NCBI GenBank assembly: GCA_035945995.1
Contig: DASYZR010000153.1
Span: 22,330-86,329, forward strand
Direction: 5' to 3'
DNA length: 64,000 nucleotides
DNA from: a bacterium
GTDB taxonomy: Bacteria > Sysuimicrobiota > Sysuimicrobiia > Sysuimicrobiales > Segetimicrobiaceae
In this document: piece after piece, positions 38,972-49,024 of the stretch
Layout: every line of letters starts with the position of its first letter
Position numbering within the stretch: the first letter of the stretch is position 1
Program-made: the position numbers and the translations under genes
Notes under the pieces: generated by a model
Told to the model about the DNA's origin: nothing
Databases searched by the model: none
Seen by the model: the letters and a program-made list of their open reading frames with translations, nothing else

Positions 38972-39768
38972 CACCCCTTTCGCGTCACCCACGCGTGGGC
39001 CGGATCCTCGCTGGCCATCAGGTGCCGTCCCTCGCCGGCCAGCGCCCACAGATAGTAGAGACGGTACCCGGGCGCCGCCACCACGGGATGATACCCGAAG
39101 GGAATGACGACCGTGTCCCCGTCCTCCACCACGAACGTGGAATCGACGTGCCGCTCCGGCGAGTAGAGGCGTTGGAAGCCGAAGCCGTCTTTGGGTTTGA
39201 CGCGGTAATGGTACAGTTCCTGGAACACGACCTCGCGCGGCGGGTCGTGACGATCGTGCTTGTGCGGCGGATAACTCGACCAGGCCCCCGGCTCGTTGAA
39301 CGTTTCCCCGGCCACGAGGCGCTGCGCGGGCTTGGACTCGTCGAGGATCGTGTGCACGGTCCGGCGCCACGCGCCTTCGCCGCGCACGGCCACCGTGACC
39401 TCGGACGGCCGGATGACGTAGGCTTCCCCGCCCTCGGGGGCGGGCGCGCGGAACACGGCGATCTCGGCCGGCCCGCCGGCGGTGATCCGGTAGGCGGCGC
39501 CCGGCGGCGCGTACACCGAGGTCGCCACCCCGTCGAACACGTCGCTCCGCCCGCCCAGGTCGGTCCAGGTCTCCATGCCCTTGACGGCGATCGAGCACCG
39601 CCCGCCGAGGATGACGAGCAGCGATTCCTTGCCCGGCGAGACCATGTCCACCGATCGGCCGGGCGCCGGCCGGACGAGCGCGAGTTCGAGTCCGTCCGAG
39701 TCGGAGTTCGCCGGATTGACGATCTCCGAGACGCCGTCCGGCGCGCCGTGCTTGAAGAAGACCTTCAT
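38971..39768 (-). CDS. KduI/IolB-family bicupin isomerase (5-keto-4-deoxyuronate or 5-deoxyglucuronate isomerase-like)
   Basis: 265 aa, MKVFFKHGAPDG...; bicupin size; GGAGGTG RBS 8 nt upstream. Confidence 0.55.
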   Translation of the reverse strand: MKVFFKHGAPDGVSEIVNPANSDSDGLELALVRPAPGRSVDMVSPGKESLLVILGGRCSIAVKGMETWTDLGGRSDVFDGVATSVYAPPGAAYRITAGGPAEIAVFRAPAPEGGEAYVIRPSEVTVAVRGEGAWRRTVHTILDESKPAQRLVAGETFNEPGAWSSYPPHKHDRHDPPREVVFQELYHYRVKPKDGFGFQRLYSPERHVDSTFVVEDGDTVVIPFGYHPVVAAPGYRLYYLWALAGEGRHLMASEDPAHAWVTRKG

Positions 39769-39808
39769 GACGTTTGCACCTCCGAGGTGAGGTTCCGGCC
39801 CGGCGGCG

Positions 39809-41062
39809 TCAGAGCAGGCCCTCGAGCGACACCGAGACGGCGGGATCGGCCCAGCGCGTATTGGGGATGTAGGGATACCACTCCGGCCGGCCGGGGTCCC
39901 GGTCGTATGGGTAGCCGCCCACCTCCCGGTAGTGCTCCGCGTAGCGGGCGACCTTGTCGCGGTCGAGCCGCACGCCGAGCCCCGGGGAGGCGGGGACCGC
40001 GATGCATCCGTCGCGGTACGGGAGCTTGCCGCCCTCGATGACGTCGTCCGTGAGGTGGTGGTAGTGCGCGTCGGCGGCAAAGACGAGGTTCGGCATCACG
40101 GCGGCGAGGTGGAGCATCGTGGCGAGCTGGATCCCGAGCTCGCCGGACGAGTGGACGGCCACGCCGAGCTGGAAGGTCTCGCACACGCCCGCGGCCTTGA
40201 GGCACGGCCGGATGCCGCCCCAGAACGTGGTGTCGAGCAGTACTATGTCCACGGCCGGCCGGAGGATGTTGGCCGCGAGCCCCTCGAAGTCGATCACGGC
40301 CGTGTTCGTGGCCAGCGGCACGCGTACGCGCTCCCGCAGGCGGCGCAGGCCGTTCAGGCCCCAGGTGGGATCTTCGAGGTAGTCGTTGCGGAGGTCCTCG
40401 ATGGCCCGGCCGAAGCGGATCCCTTCCTCGACGCCCAGCACCGCGTTCGGATCGTACCGCAGCGAGTCTTGCGGAAACGCCTCGCCCAGCGCGCGGTAAC
40501 ACGCGAGCTCGTAGTCGGGCGGAAAGACGCCGCCTTTGAGCTTGTGCGTCCGGAAGCCGTGCGTGCTCCGCAGGTCGCGGGCGTGCGCGACGAGCTGTTC
40601 GACCGTGCGCACCTCGCCCTTCCCGGTGGCGGGACTCGCGTAGCGAAAGAAGAGGTACCCGGCGAAGGGGATCTCCTCACGCAGCGGGCCGCCGAGCAGA
40701 TCGTAGACGGGCACCCCGAGCGCCTGTCCGATGAGATCGAGGCAGGCGAACTCGATGGCGGCGTGCAGCTGCGTCCGGTTGTTGTACAGCGCGGCCGTGG
40801 GATTGCCGATCTTGAAGCGGAGCTGTTCCAAGTCGAACGCGTCGTGGCCGAGCACGTAGGGCTTGAGGCCGGCGAGCGCGGCCTGCGCGCCCTCCCCGCC
40901 GCCGCCCAACTCCCCGAGGCCCACGAGCCCGTCGGCCGTCTCGAGCTCGACGATGGTGCGGACGAACCGGCCCCAGTGCGCGCCGTTGCTGTGGCGGAGC
41001 GGCGCCTCGAGCGGCACCGTCACGGTGGTGGCGCGCAGGTCGGCGATCGGCAGGCGCTTCAT
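39809..41062 (-). CDS. Enolase-superfamily acid-sugar dehydratase (glucarate-dehydratase GudD-like)
   Basis: 417 aa; ...[13 protein letters not shown]...[11 protein letters not shown]...[23 protein letters not shown], matching the GudD-type C-terminal metal / His-Asp dyad region. ATGA overlap with the permease stop. Confidence 0.65.
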   Translation of the reverse strand: MKRLPIADLRATTVTVPLEAPLRHSNGAHWGRFVRTIVELETADGLVGLGELGGGGEGAQAALAGLKPYVLGHDAFDLEQLRFKIGNPTAALYNNRTQLHAAIEFACLDLIGQALGVPVYDLLGGPLREEIPFAGYLFFRYASPATGKGEVRTVEQLVAHARDLRSTHGFRTHKLKGGVFPPDYELACYRALGEAFPQDSLRYDPNAVLGVEEGIRFGRAIEDLRNDYLEDPTWGLNGLRRLRERVRVPLATNTAVIDFEGLAANILRPAVDIVLLDTTFWGGIRPCLKAAGVCETFQLGVAVHSSGELGIQLATMLHLAAVMPNLVFAADAHYHHLTDDVIEGGKLPYRDGCIAVPASPGLGVRLDRDKVARYAEHYREVGGYPYDRDPGRPEWYPYIPNTRWADPAVSVSLEGLL

Positions 41063-41883
41063 TGGCGGACGCGGATGACCATGTTGACCGGGTTGACGAA
41101 CCGCAGGGCCGCCAGCAGCAGGACGAGGCCGGTCACCATGTAAACGACCGCCATGGCGTCGATCGCTTGGCTCGGCCGGATGCCCGCCGCGAACGCGGTG
41201 TAGTAGAGCGCGACGACGAGGGTCTGGCTCTTCGCACCGGAGACGAGGAACGTCAGTTCGAACAACGCGATCGCTCTGACGAGGATCAGCAGGCCGGCCG
41301 CCAGCGCCCCGGGCAGTGCGATCGGCAGCAGGACCCGCCGCATTACGCGGGTGGGAGAAGCGCCGAGCGTGCGCGCCGCCCGCTCCAAGTTTGGATCGAT
41401 CTGTTCGAAGAACGGAGTCATGATCAGCACGACGAAGGGGAGCGCCGGCACGATATTCACCAAAATCACGCCGGCCAGCGTGCCGCCGAGATGGAGACCG
41501 TACAGCATCGCGGCCAGCGGAATGCCGTAGGTAATCGGCGGCACCAGCATCGGCAGGATCAGGAGGATAAGCACGACCGGGCGCCCCGGAAAGGCGCTTC
41601 GGGCCAGGGCGTACGCGGCGGGCACGCCGAGCGCGAGGCTGATGACCGTCACGGACAGCCCGACCACGATCGTCACGCCGAGCACGTACGAGAGATCGAA
41701 CTCCGTGACGGCGAATTGATACCACTTGGCGGTGTAGCCATCCGGCAGCCAACCCCCAAACCACGTCGACGCGATCGAATTCAAGAAGGCCGAGAGGAAG
41801 ATCCCGGCCACGAGCAGGCCGAACAGGATCACGATCGCGTAGACCCACCACGACGCGCCTTCCCGGGCATGCGCCCGGCTCAT
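41059..41883 (-). CDS. ABC transporter permease (PotC / UgpE-like), EAA loop present
   Basis: 274 aa, 6 TM; EAA motif [27 protein letters not shown]. Confidence 0.8.
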   Translation of the reverse strand: MSRAHAREGASWWVYAIVILFGLLVAGIFLSAFLNSIASTWFGGWLPDGYTAKWYQFAVTEFDLSYVLGVTIVVGLSVTVISLALGVPAAYALARSAFPGRPVVLILLILPMLVPPITYGIPLAAMLYGLHLGGTLAGVILVNIVPALPFVVLIMTPFFEQIDPNLERAARTLGASPTRVMRRVLLPIALPGALAAGLLILVRAIALFELTFLVSGAKSQTLVVALYYTAFAAGIRPSQAIDAMAVVYMVTGLVLLLAALRFVNPVNMVIRVRQ

Positions 41884-42800
41884 CCGCGGCCTCCGATGGT
41901 CGCGCCGCGATAGGCCCGGCTCCGCGCCGCGAGTACTAAGGCCACGAACACCAGCTCGATCGCCGCCATCACCATGGCAATCGCCGACGCCCGCGCGTAG
42001 TCGTAGTTTTCGTACGCCGCCTGCCACGCCGCGAGCGCGATCACGCGCGTCGACCCGGCCGGCTCACCGACGAGCACCGCCGACGGGAAGACGGAGAACG
42101 TCGCCACAAACGACAGCGCGGCCGCGGCCGCGATGCCCGGCGCGAGCAGCGGCAGCGTCACCCGCGAGATGCGCTGCCACGCCCCGGCGCCGAGCGTGCG
42201 GGCCGCCCGCTCCAGGGCGGGATCGAGCCCCGACGCGTAGCCCAGAAGCACCAGGAAGACCGCGGGGAAATCCGAGATCGTCAGCGACAGAAACACGCCG
42301 GTGTAGTTGTGGACAAACTGGACCGGCGACGCGATCAGGTGCAGCGCGATCAGCAGCTTGTTGACCCACCCGGCCGGCCCGAAGAACTCGATCATCCCCT
42401 CCGCCAGCAGCACCGTCCCGAGCGTCATCGGGATCACGAGCAGCCCGGTGATGACGCGCTGCCCGGGGATCGGCCGCCGGAGGCGGTAGGCCAGCGGCAG
42501 CGCGACCGCGAGATCGAGGAGCGTCACGGGAAGCGCGAGCCGGAGGGTGTTCCAGATCGACAGCCGCTCCCGGGCGTCGCCGAAGAACGCGGCATAGTTC
42601 GCGAATATCCCGGCTTTGGCCAGGGCGCCCTGCGGGTGGACCGACAGCTCCAGGCCGTAGACGAACGGGTAGATGAACAGTCCCAGCACGACGAGAAACG
42701 CCGGCGCGATCGGGAGCACGGCCCCCCACCGGCGGCGCGCCCGCGGGACCGCGGCGGCCGCCGCCTCACGCATGCGTGTCCGATCGGCCCGCTGCGCCAT
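41880..42800 (-). CDS. ABC transporter permease (PotB / UgpA-like)
   Basis: 306 aa; EAA motif [27 protein letters not shown]. Confidence 0.8.
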   Translation of the reverse strand: MAQRADRTRMREAAAAAVPRARRRWGAVLPIAPAFLVVLGLFIYPFVYGLELSVHPQGALAKAGIFANYAAFFGDARERLSIWNTLRLALPVTLLDLAVALPLAYRLRRPIPGQRVITGLLVIPMTLGTVLLAEGMIEFFGPAGWVNKLLIALHLIASPVQFVHNYTGVFLSLTISDFPAVFLVLLGYASGLDPALERAARTLGAGAWQRISRVTLPLLAPGIAAAAALSFVATFSVFPSAVLVGEPAGSTRVIALAAWQAAYENYDYARASAIAMVMAAIELVFVALVLAARSRAYRGATIGGRG

Positions 42801-42805
42801 GCGGC

Positions 42806-43936
42806 CTACTCCGGCGGGAACACCAGCAGCCGGTCCGGGTCCACCTGCAGGACCACGGGCGCCCCGTGCGGCCAGCGCGCGGCGGTCCTCACGACAAACA
42901 ACTCGCCGGCGTCCGCCGCCACGCTGCATTCGAACGCGCCGCCGATGAACTCCGCGAACTCGATCTTCGCCGGCACGCCGCCCGCGGCCTCGGCGGGAGG
43001 CAGCACCCGTACGTCCTCCGGCCGCACCGCCGCGACGGCCTCGGCCCCGGCCGCGAGTTCGCCGCGCGGCCGGCCCTCGAGCCGCAGGCTCCCCGCGGCG
43101 ACGACCTGCGCCCGGTCGCCGCGCACCGCCTCGACCCGCACCGGGAACAGATTGCGGTAGCCGAAGAAGTTGGCGACGAACGCGGATTGCGGATGAAGGT
43201 ACACTTCCTCCGGGGTTCCGATCTGCCGTATGGTCCCATCCTTCATCAGCGCGATGCGGTCGGACAGCGACAGGGCCTCCTCCTGGTCGTGGGTCACGTA
43301 GAACGTCGTGAGGCCGAGGGCTTGATGCAGGCGCCGGATCTCGAGGCGCATCTCCAGCCTGAGCTTGGCGTCCAGGTTGCTGAGAGGCTCGTCCATCAGG
43401 AGCAGGCGGGGCTCGATGACCAGCGCACGCGCGAGGGCGACACGCTGCTGCTGACCGCCGCTCAACTGGGCCGGATACCGGTCGCCGAGGCCCCCGAGGT
43501 GCACGAGCGCGAGCACCTGCCCGACGCGACGCGTGATCGCCTCGTCCGGCACCCCCATCATCTCGAGCCCGAACGAGACGTTGCGGCCGACGGTGAGGTG
43601 CGGAAACAGCGCGTAACTCTGGAACACCACGCCGAAGCCCCGCCGCTCCGGGGGCACCGGGGCGAGGTCGTCTCCGTCGAGCAGGATCCGCCCGGCATCG
43701 GGGTCGACGAGGCCGGCGAGACAGTTGAGCGCCGTGCTCTTGCCGCAGCCGGAGGGACCGAGCAGACTGATGAACTCGCCGCCGTGCACGTCGAGGTCGA
43801 ACGCGGAGAGCGCGACGGTCTCGCTGAACCGCTTGCCGAGCCCGCGCATCTCCAGTCGGCCGATGCTCCGGCCGGAGAGCGCCGCCGGTGCGCCGCCCTC
43901 CGGCCTGGACGGCCGGGCCGTGGTCCCGGTGCTCAC
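42806..43936 (-). CDS. ABC transporter ATP-binding protein (PotA/MalK-type with C-terminal regulatory / TOBE-like domain)
   Basis: GPSGCGKST; LSGGQQQRVALARAL; LLLMDEPLSNLD. GTGA overlap with the binding-protein stop. Confidence 0.85.
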   Translation of the reverse strand: MSTGTTARPSRPEGGAPAALSGRSIGRLEMRGLGKRFSETVALSAFDLDVHGGEFISLLGPSGCGKSTALNCLAGLVDPDAGRILLDGDDLAPVPPERRGFGVVFQSYALFPHLTVGRNVSFGLEMMGVPDEAITRRVGQVLALVHLGGLGDRYPAQLSGGQQQRVALARALVIEPRLLLMDEPLSNLDAKLRLEMRLEIRRLHQALGLTTFYVTHDQEEALSLSDRIALMKDGTIRQIGTPEEVYLHPQSAFVANFFGYRNLFPVRVEAVRGDRAQVVAAGSLRLEGRPRGELAAGAEAVAAVRPEDVRVLPPAEAAGGVPAKIEFAEFIGGAFECSVAADAGELFVVRTAARWPHGAPVVLQVDPDRLLVFPPE

Positions 43937-45150
43937 TTGAGTTTGTTCGCGCCTACCCGCTGGTCCCAGAGCTGGAACGCCTGCACCAGCTTGTCCGGAG
44001 CCAAGGGGATTTCGATGGGCCGGGTTCTGATGAGATCGTCAAACAACGGCCGCCGCACCGGACCGACCTGGTCCTGACTGGCCTTGGGCGCCATAGCCAG
44101 CGTGACGCCCTTGACGGCCGGCCCCGGATAGAAGTAGCCGGTGTCGAACGTCTTCGCCTGCTGCTCGGGCCGGAGCACCCACGCGATCAGATCCAGCACC
44201 AGCCCAAGCATCTCCGGCGAGTTGCCCCGGGGCACGCAGATGTACTGCGTGTCGGCGATCAGGCGTTCGTTCTCGAATGCGAACGCGCCGAAGTTCTTCG
44301 GCACCACGCCGAGCGCCCGAACGTTGAGATCCCATCCCATCGTCGAGGCCGCGATCGTGCGGGCGCCCTGCCCCAACTCCTGAAACGTCCCGGCCGTCCC
44401 CGTGGGATAGTACTGAAGGTACTGGCCGAGCTGCTGGTAGTACGGCCACACCTTTGTCCACGACTGAGGCTCCCGGGGCTGCGGCTCTCCGAGCATATAG
44501 GGCAGACCCATCAAAAAGCTGCGGCCCGGTCCGGAGTTGGCCGGCCGCGCGTAGATCAACTGCCGCGGGTTGGCCTTCGCCCACGCCAGCAGGTCCTCAG
44601 GCGTCTTCGGCGGATTCGGCAGCTTCGCCGGGTTGTACGTGAACGTCGGGCCGTAGTTGCCGAAGACGTCCAGGATGCCGTAGCCCTGCGCGAGGCCCTG
44701 CGCCTTCGGCTGCTGGTAGTTGCCGATGAGGTTGGGCCACTTCGCCTGAAAGTCCGGCAGGAGCCGCTGCCAGATGTCCTGGACGATGCCCGCCGACAGC
44801 GCGTCGGAGCCCGTGAGCACCATGTTGATCTGGAGCTGGTTGGCCGCCTGCTGCGCCTTGATCTTCGCCGGCAGCTCCGGCGCCGTCGCCTGCTGGTAAC
44901 TGATGCCGCCGACGTACTGCCGGTGCGACCCGGCGTAATCCTCGATGATGCTCTTCGTGAGCTGCAGCTGGCCCGCGACGTCGATGATGGTCAGCTGGAG
45001 CGGACGGGACGGCATCGGCGGCAGCGCCGCCTGTGCCGCCTGGGCGACGCCGGGACGGCCGGTCCACCACTGCGTGCCGGCCGCCGCCGCCGTTGCCCCG
45101 GCGCCGATGAGAAATGCTCTGCGGTTGAACGACTGAGGATCCTTCGTCAC
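43933..45150 (-). CDS. Extracellular solute-binding protein (family 1) with twin-arginine (Tat) signal
   Basis: SFNRRAFLIGAGATAAAAG Tat motif. GTG start with GGGGGGTGG 3 nt upstream. The track start at 45234 is probably too far upstream. Confidence 0.75.
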   Translation of the reverse strand: MTKDPQSFNRRAFLIGAGATAAAAGTQWWTGRPGVAQAAQAALPPMPSRPLQLTIIDVAGQLQLTKSIIEDYAGSHRQYVGGISYQQATAPELPAKIKAQQAANQLQINMVLTGSDALSAGIVQDIWQRLLPDFQAKWPNLIGNYQQPKAQGLAQGYGILDVFGNYGPTFTYNPAKLPNPPKTPEDLLAWAKANPRQLIYARPANSGPGRSFLMGLPYMLGEPQPREPQSWTKVWPYYQQLGQYLQYYPTGTAGTFQELGQGARTIAASTMGWDLNVRALGVVPKNFGAFAFENERLIADTQYICVPRGNSPEMLGLVLDLIAWVLRPEQQAKTFDTGYFYPGPAVKGVTLAMAPKASQDQVGPVRRPLFDDLIRTRPIEIPLAPDKLVQAFQLWDQRVGANKLK

Positions 45151-45289
45151 TTGCCACCCCCCACCGTGGTCTATTGTAGTCCACCCCAACCTAATGATGG
45201 CCGTCGAGGGCGGCGCCGGGCATCCATCCTGCACCCGATTCGCGCGTAGGGTATGATCCCCTGCGCGAGCGCCGACGTGCGGGCGGGGC

Positions 45290-46534
45290 CTACGTCGACC
45301 GCACGTGTCCCCGGCGACGGTCGAGGGGACGCGGTGTGCCCGGCGCCGCCGCCGCGCGCTGCGCGGCGGCGATGACCCGCTTGACGGGTACGCCGTGGCG
45401 CGCGGCCAGCACCCGGCACGCCTCGAACTCCGGGGCGACGTTCACGACGCCTGTGTCATCACCGGCGATCTTCACCGGAACGGAGCCGTACTCCGTCTCG
45501 ACCTCCACGGTCTGCCGGTCCACCGCGAGGCGGGTGACCTCGTGCGCGCGGACGCCGAGCGTCGTCGTCTCCGCGAGCAGGATCCCGGCAAGTCCCCGCG
45601 CCAGCTCCGGTGCGGCGAGCACCCGCACCAGGTGGCCGGGCCGGCCTTTCTTCATGACCGCCGGCACGACGGCCACGTCGAGCGCGCCCGCGTCGAACAA
45701 CCGGGCCGTCACGTGCGGGTATAACTGCGGATTCATGTCGTCGATGGACGTTTCCAGCATCACAAGACGCTCCGTGCGCGACGCGTCGCCCAACAGGCCC
45801 GCGTCCCCCCGGCCGTACACCTCCATCGATTCGCCGACGAACAGCCGGAGCACGTTCGCCCGCGCCGGATCGTCGCGGCCGGCGCCGGTGCCGATCCGCT
45901 CGAGGCGCATCGGCGGCAGCGGACCCCACCCGGTCACGAGCGCGCGCAGCAGCGCGGCGCCGGTCGGCGTCAGCCACTCGCCCTCGATCTCGCCGGCGTA
46001 CACGGGCATGCCTTCGAGGAACGCCTGCGTCGCGGGCGCCGGCACCGGCACGGCGCCGTGCCGGATGTGCGCCCACCCCCGCCCGACGTTCACCGGGGAC
46101 GCGACCACGCGCTCCAGCCCGAGCGCGTCCACCCCGGCGAGCACGCCGACGACATCGACCAAGGTGTCGAGACCGCCGAGTTCGTGCAGGTGCACGTCCT
46201 CGATCGGCACGCCGTGGATCTGCGATTCGACCTCGGCCAGGCGCCGCAGCACCTCGCCGGCGCGGACGCGCACCGGCGCGGCGACCCGGCAGCCGTCCAC
46301 GATCGCCGCGAGCCGCGGATAGGGGCGCGCGGAGGCCGGATCGTCGTCGACCACCTCCACGCGCAGCGCGGGCACGCCGCGCCGCTCCGCCCGGTTCACC
46401 GTCACTCGAACCGGAACGCCGAGCCCCGCGACGACCTCCTGGAGCGCCGCCTCCGGCCACCCCGCGCCGACGAGGGCCCCGAGCAGCATGTCCCCGCTCG
46501 CCCCGCTCCCGCAGTCAAGGTAGCCGAGACGCAT
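45290..46534 (-). CDS. larC: LarC, nickel insertase for the nickel-pincer nucleotide cofactor (DUF111)
   Basis: MRLGYLDCGSGASGDMLLGALVGAG is the canonical LarC N-terminus; 414 aa. Confidence 0.85.
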   Translation of the reverse strand: MRLGYLDCGSGASGDMLLGALVGAGWPEAALQEVVAGLGVPVRVTVNRAERRGVPALRVEVVDDDPASARPYPRLAAIVDGCRVAAPVRVRAGEVLRRLAEVESQIHGVPIEDVHLHELGGLDTLVDVVGVLAGVDALGLERVVASPVNVGRGWAHIRHGAVPVPAPATQAFLEGMPVYAGEIEGEWLTPTGAALLRALVTGWGPLPPMRLERIGTGAGRDDPARANVLRLFVGESMEVYGRGDAGLLGDASRTERLVMLETSIDDMNPQLYPHVTARLFDAGALDVAVVPAVMKKGRPGHLVRVLAAPELARGLAGILLAETTTLGVRAHEVTRLAVDRQTVEVETEYGSVPVKIAGDDTGVVNVAPEFEACRVLAARHGVPVKRVIAAAQRAAAAPGTPRPLDRRRGHVRST

Positions 46535-47357
46535 GCTCCTCCTCTGACACGTCCCGCGCGCGCGCGGTCGGGGCCCCCTCGTCCCCCCCTATGGGGGGCG
46601 GGGGGGCAGGCAGGCCGGTCCCGTTGATGCAGGCGGCAAGATAGCCCGCGCCGAATCCGTTGTCGATGTTCACCACCGCGACGCCAGGGGCGCAGGCGGT
46701 GAGCATCGTGAGCAGCGGGGCCAGGCCGCCGAAGTGGGCGCCGTAGCCGACGCTCGTCGGCACGCCGATCACGGGCGCCCGCGTGAGCCCGGCCACCACC
46801 GCGGGCAGCGCGCCGTCCATGCCGGCGACGACCACGAGCGCCCGAGCCCGCTCGAGCAGCGCGCGGTGCGCCCCCAGGCGGTGCAGCCCGCTCACGCCCA
46901 CGTCATAAACGCGCGCCACGTCGGCGCCCATCACCTCCGCGGTCCACGCCGCCTCCTCGGCGACAGCGAGGTCGCCCGTCCCTCCGGTCAACACGCCCAC
47001 ACACCCGGCCCGGCGCTCCGGGACTCCCCCGAGCACGAGAAGGCGGGCCTGCGCAACGTACGTCGCATCGGGAAACGCGCCGGCCACGCCGGCCGCCACA
47101 TCCGGGGCCGCGCGCGTCAGCAACACGGGGCCGCCGGCCCGGCGCAGGGCGGACGCGATCTCGACGATCTGCCCGACGGACTTTCCGGGACAGTACACCG
47201 CCTCCGGCGCGCCGCGGCGCAGCGGCCGGTGCGTGTCGACCTTGGCGAAGCCGAGCTCCACGAAGGGCAGCCAGCGCAGCGCCGAGACGGCGTCCGCCAC
47301 GGCCACGCGGCCGGTCCGCACGTCCTCCAGCAGCCGAGCGAGCGTGTCTTCGTTCAC
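46515..47357 (-). CDS. larB: LarB, PurE-like carboxylase / hydrolase of nickel-pincer cofactor biosynthesis
   Basis: 280 aa; PurE-like core VGVLTGGTGDLAVAEEA...VVVAGMDGALP...GVPTSVGYG. GTGA overlap with the larE stop. Confidence 0.8.
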   Translation of the reverse strand: MNEDTLARLLEDVRTGRVAVADAVSALRWLPFVELGFAKVDTHRPLRRGAPEAVYCPGKSVGQIVEIASALRRAGGPVLLTRAAPDVAAGVAGAFPDATYVAQARLLVLGGVPERRAGCVGVLTGGTGDLAVAEEAAWTAEVMGADVARVYDVGVSGLHRLGAHRALLERARALVVVAGMDGALPAVVAGLTRAPVIGVPTSVGYGAHFGGLAPLLTMLTACAPGVAVVNIDNGFGAGYLAACINGTGLPAPPPPIGGDEGAPTARARDVSEEEHASRLP

Positions 47358-48253
47358 GCGCCGCGCCCGTGCGAGGCGGAGACGCCGGACTCGCGCGCCT
47401 CGGGACCGGCCGGTATGGACTCGCCGGCCGGCGCCGGCGAAAAGCGTCCCGAGCGCAGCCCGTCGGGAGCGATGCGCGCGGTGCTGAACCCGATGGCGCG
47501 AAACGCCTCCGTCACCCGATCGAAAATGGCGGCGAGACGTCCGATCTCGGGCACCGGTACTTCGACGCTCGCGGCGGCGCCGTGGTGACGCACACGGACC
47601 TCGCGGAATCCGAGTCCCCGCACCACGCGTTCGGCCGCCTCGATCTGGCCGAGCGCCGCCACGGTCACGGGGGACCCGAACGGCAGCCGCGACGCCAGAC
47701 ATGGCGCGGCCGGCTTGTCCCAGACCTCCAGGCCCATGCGACGCGCGAGCGCGCGGATGTCGGCTTTGCCGAGACCCGCGTCGAGCAGCGGAGCCTGCAC
47801 GGCAAACTCCGCCGCCGCGCGCATCCCGGGCCGGTCGTCGCGGCGATCGTCGGCGTTGGCCCCGTAGACGACGGCCGGCAGCCCGAGGTCACCGGCGAGC
47901 CGCGCCAGATCCGTGAACAGCGCGTGCTTGCAGAAATAGCAGCGGTTCGCGTCGTTGCGAAGATAGCGGGCGTCCTCGAACTCGCGCGTCTCCACGCGGA
48001 TGTGCCGCACGCCGAGCGCACCGGCGATCCGCTCCGCGATGGCGAGCTCGTCCCGCGCGAGCGACGGGGACACCGCGGTCGCCGCCACGCACCGGTCGCC
48101 GAGGACGCCGTGGGCGACGGCGAGCAGGTACGCGCTGTCCACGCCGCCGGAAAACGCGACCACGACCCCGCCGAGACTTCGGAGGAGGGCTTCGAGCCGC
48201 GCCTGTTTCCCCGCGGGCATGTCTGCGCCCGCGTCTTCCACCGGCACTCGCAT
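47354..48253 (-). CDS. larE: LarE, PP-loop ATP-dependent sulfur transferase of nickel-pincer cofactor biosynthesis
   Basis: VVVAFSGGVDS PP-loop; CYFCK; conserved Cys in PAAPCLASRLP (LarE sacrificial Cys region); 299 aa. The alternative start is M12 at 48220. Confidence 0.8.
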   Translation of the reverse strand: MRVPVEDAGADMPAGKQARLEALLRSLGGVVVAFSGGVDSAYLLAVAHGVLGDRCVAATAVSPSLARDELAIAERIAGALGVRHIRVETREFEDARYLRNDANRCYFCKHALFTDLARLAGDLGLPAVVYGANADDRRDDRPGMRAAAEFAVQAPLLDAGLGKADIRALARRMGLEVWDKPAAPCLASRLPFGSPVTVAALGQIEAAERVVRGLGFREVRVRHHGAAASVEVPVPEIGRLAAIFDRVTEAFRAIGFSTARIAPDGLRSGRFSPAPAGESIPAGPEARESGVSASHGRGA

Positions 48254-48358
48254 GCCACGGTGCTTCTACATATAAAGGGCGCGCTCCCACCTGCGACCGT
48301 ACGGCCCCGCGCCCGGCCTTTCGCGGTTTGGAACGCGGCGGCCCTTGCCGTCGGGGAT

Positions 48359-49003
48359 TTAGGCCGGCGCGCGCCGCAGCTGGCTGCCGCCCCATGCCAG
48401 CCAGATGATCACCAAGATAAATCCGAGGCCCATCAGCGCCATCTGGGTACTGAACACCTGCAGAATCTCCGCGATGCCGGCCACCACCGCGACCCATCCA
48501 AGCGTACGGTTCATCACGCCCGTGTCGACGATCGCCCATCCGGCGACCAGCACGGCCGCGCCCGTAAACGCGTTGCCGGCGGCCATCGTGGCCTGGTTGA
48601 CGGCGGCGATTGCCGTCCATGCGTGCGCGGCGGCCGTCTGATCCCTGGCCGACAACGCCGCGAGCATGGCACCACCCTGCCACAGGAGCGCCGCTCCGAG
48701 CGCGTGTAGCGCGAGGCCCACAACGGCGAGCCCCAGGGTGGCGACCGCGCGGGTCGGCGCCTTCTCCCGCAGACGGGCAAACACGCCGAACGTGAAGATC
48801 AGGCCGAAACCGGCCGACAGCAGGCCGAGAACGCCGATCGTTCCGAAGAGACCCGCCTTTTGTGCGATGACGGGAAGCGCCCTGCTCGGATCCAGCGCGG
48901 TCTGTGGGTCGAGCCCGCTCGACGCAAAGAGGATGAACAGCAACGCAAGGCAGATCGCCGTGATGAACCCCGCCGTGCCGCCGTTATGCTGGATTCGTTC
49001 CAT
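48359..49003 (-). CDS. Hypothetical polytopic membrane protein (DUF4386-like)
   Basis: 214 aa with about 6 hydrophobic helices; no catalytic motifs recognised. Confidence 0.5.
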   Translation of the reverse strand: MERIQHNGGTAGFITAICLALLFILFASSGLDPQTALDPSRALPVIAQKAGLFGTIGVLGLLSAGFGLIFTFGVFARLREKAPTRAVATLGLAVVGLALHALGAALLWQGGAMLAALSARDQTAAAHAWTAIAAVNQATMAAGNAFTGAAVLVAGWAIVDTGVMNRTLGWVAVVAGIAEILQVFSTQMALMGLGFILVIIWLAWGGSQLRRAPA

Positions 49004-49024
49004 GTCTCTCCCCCCTTCTCGTGC

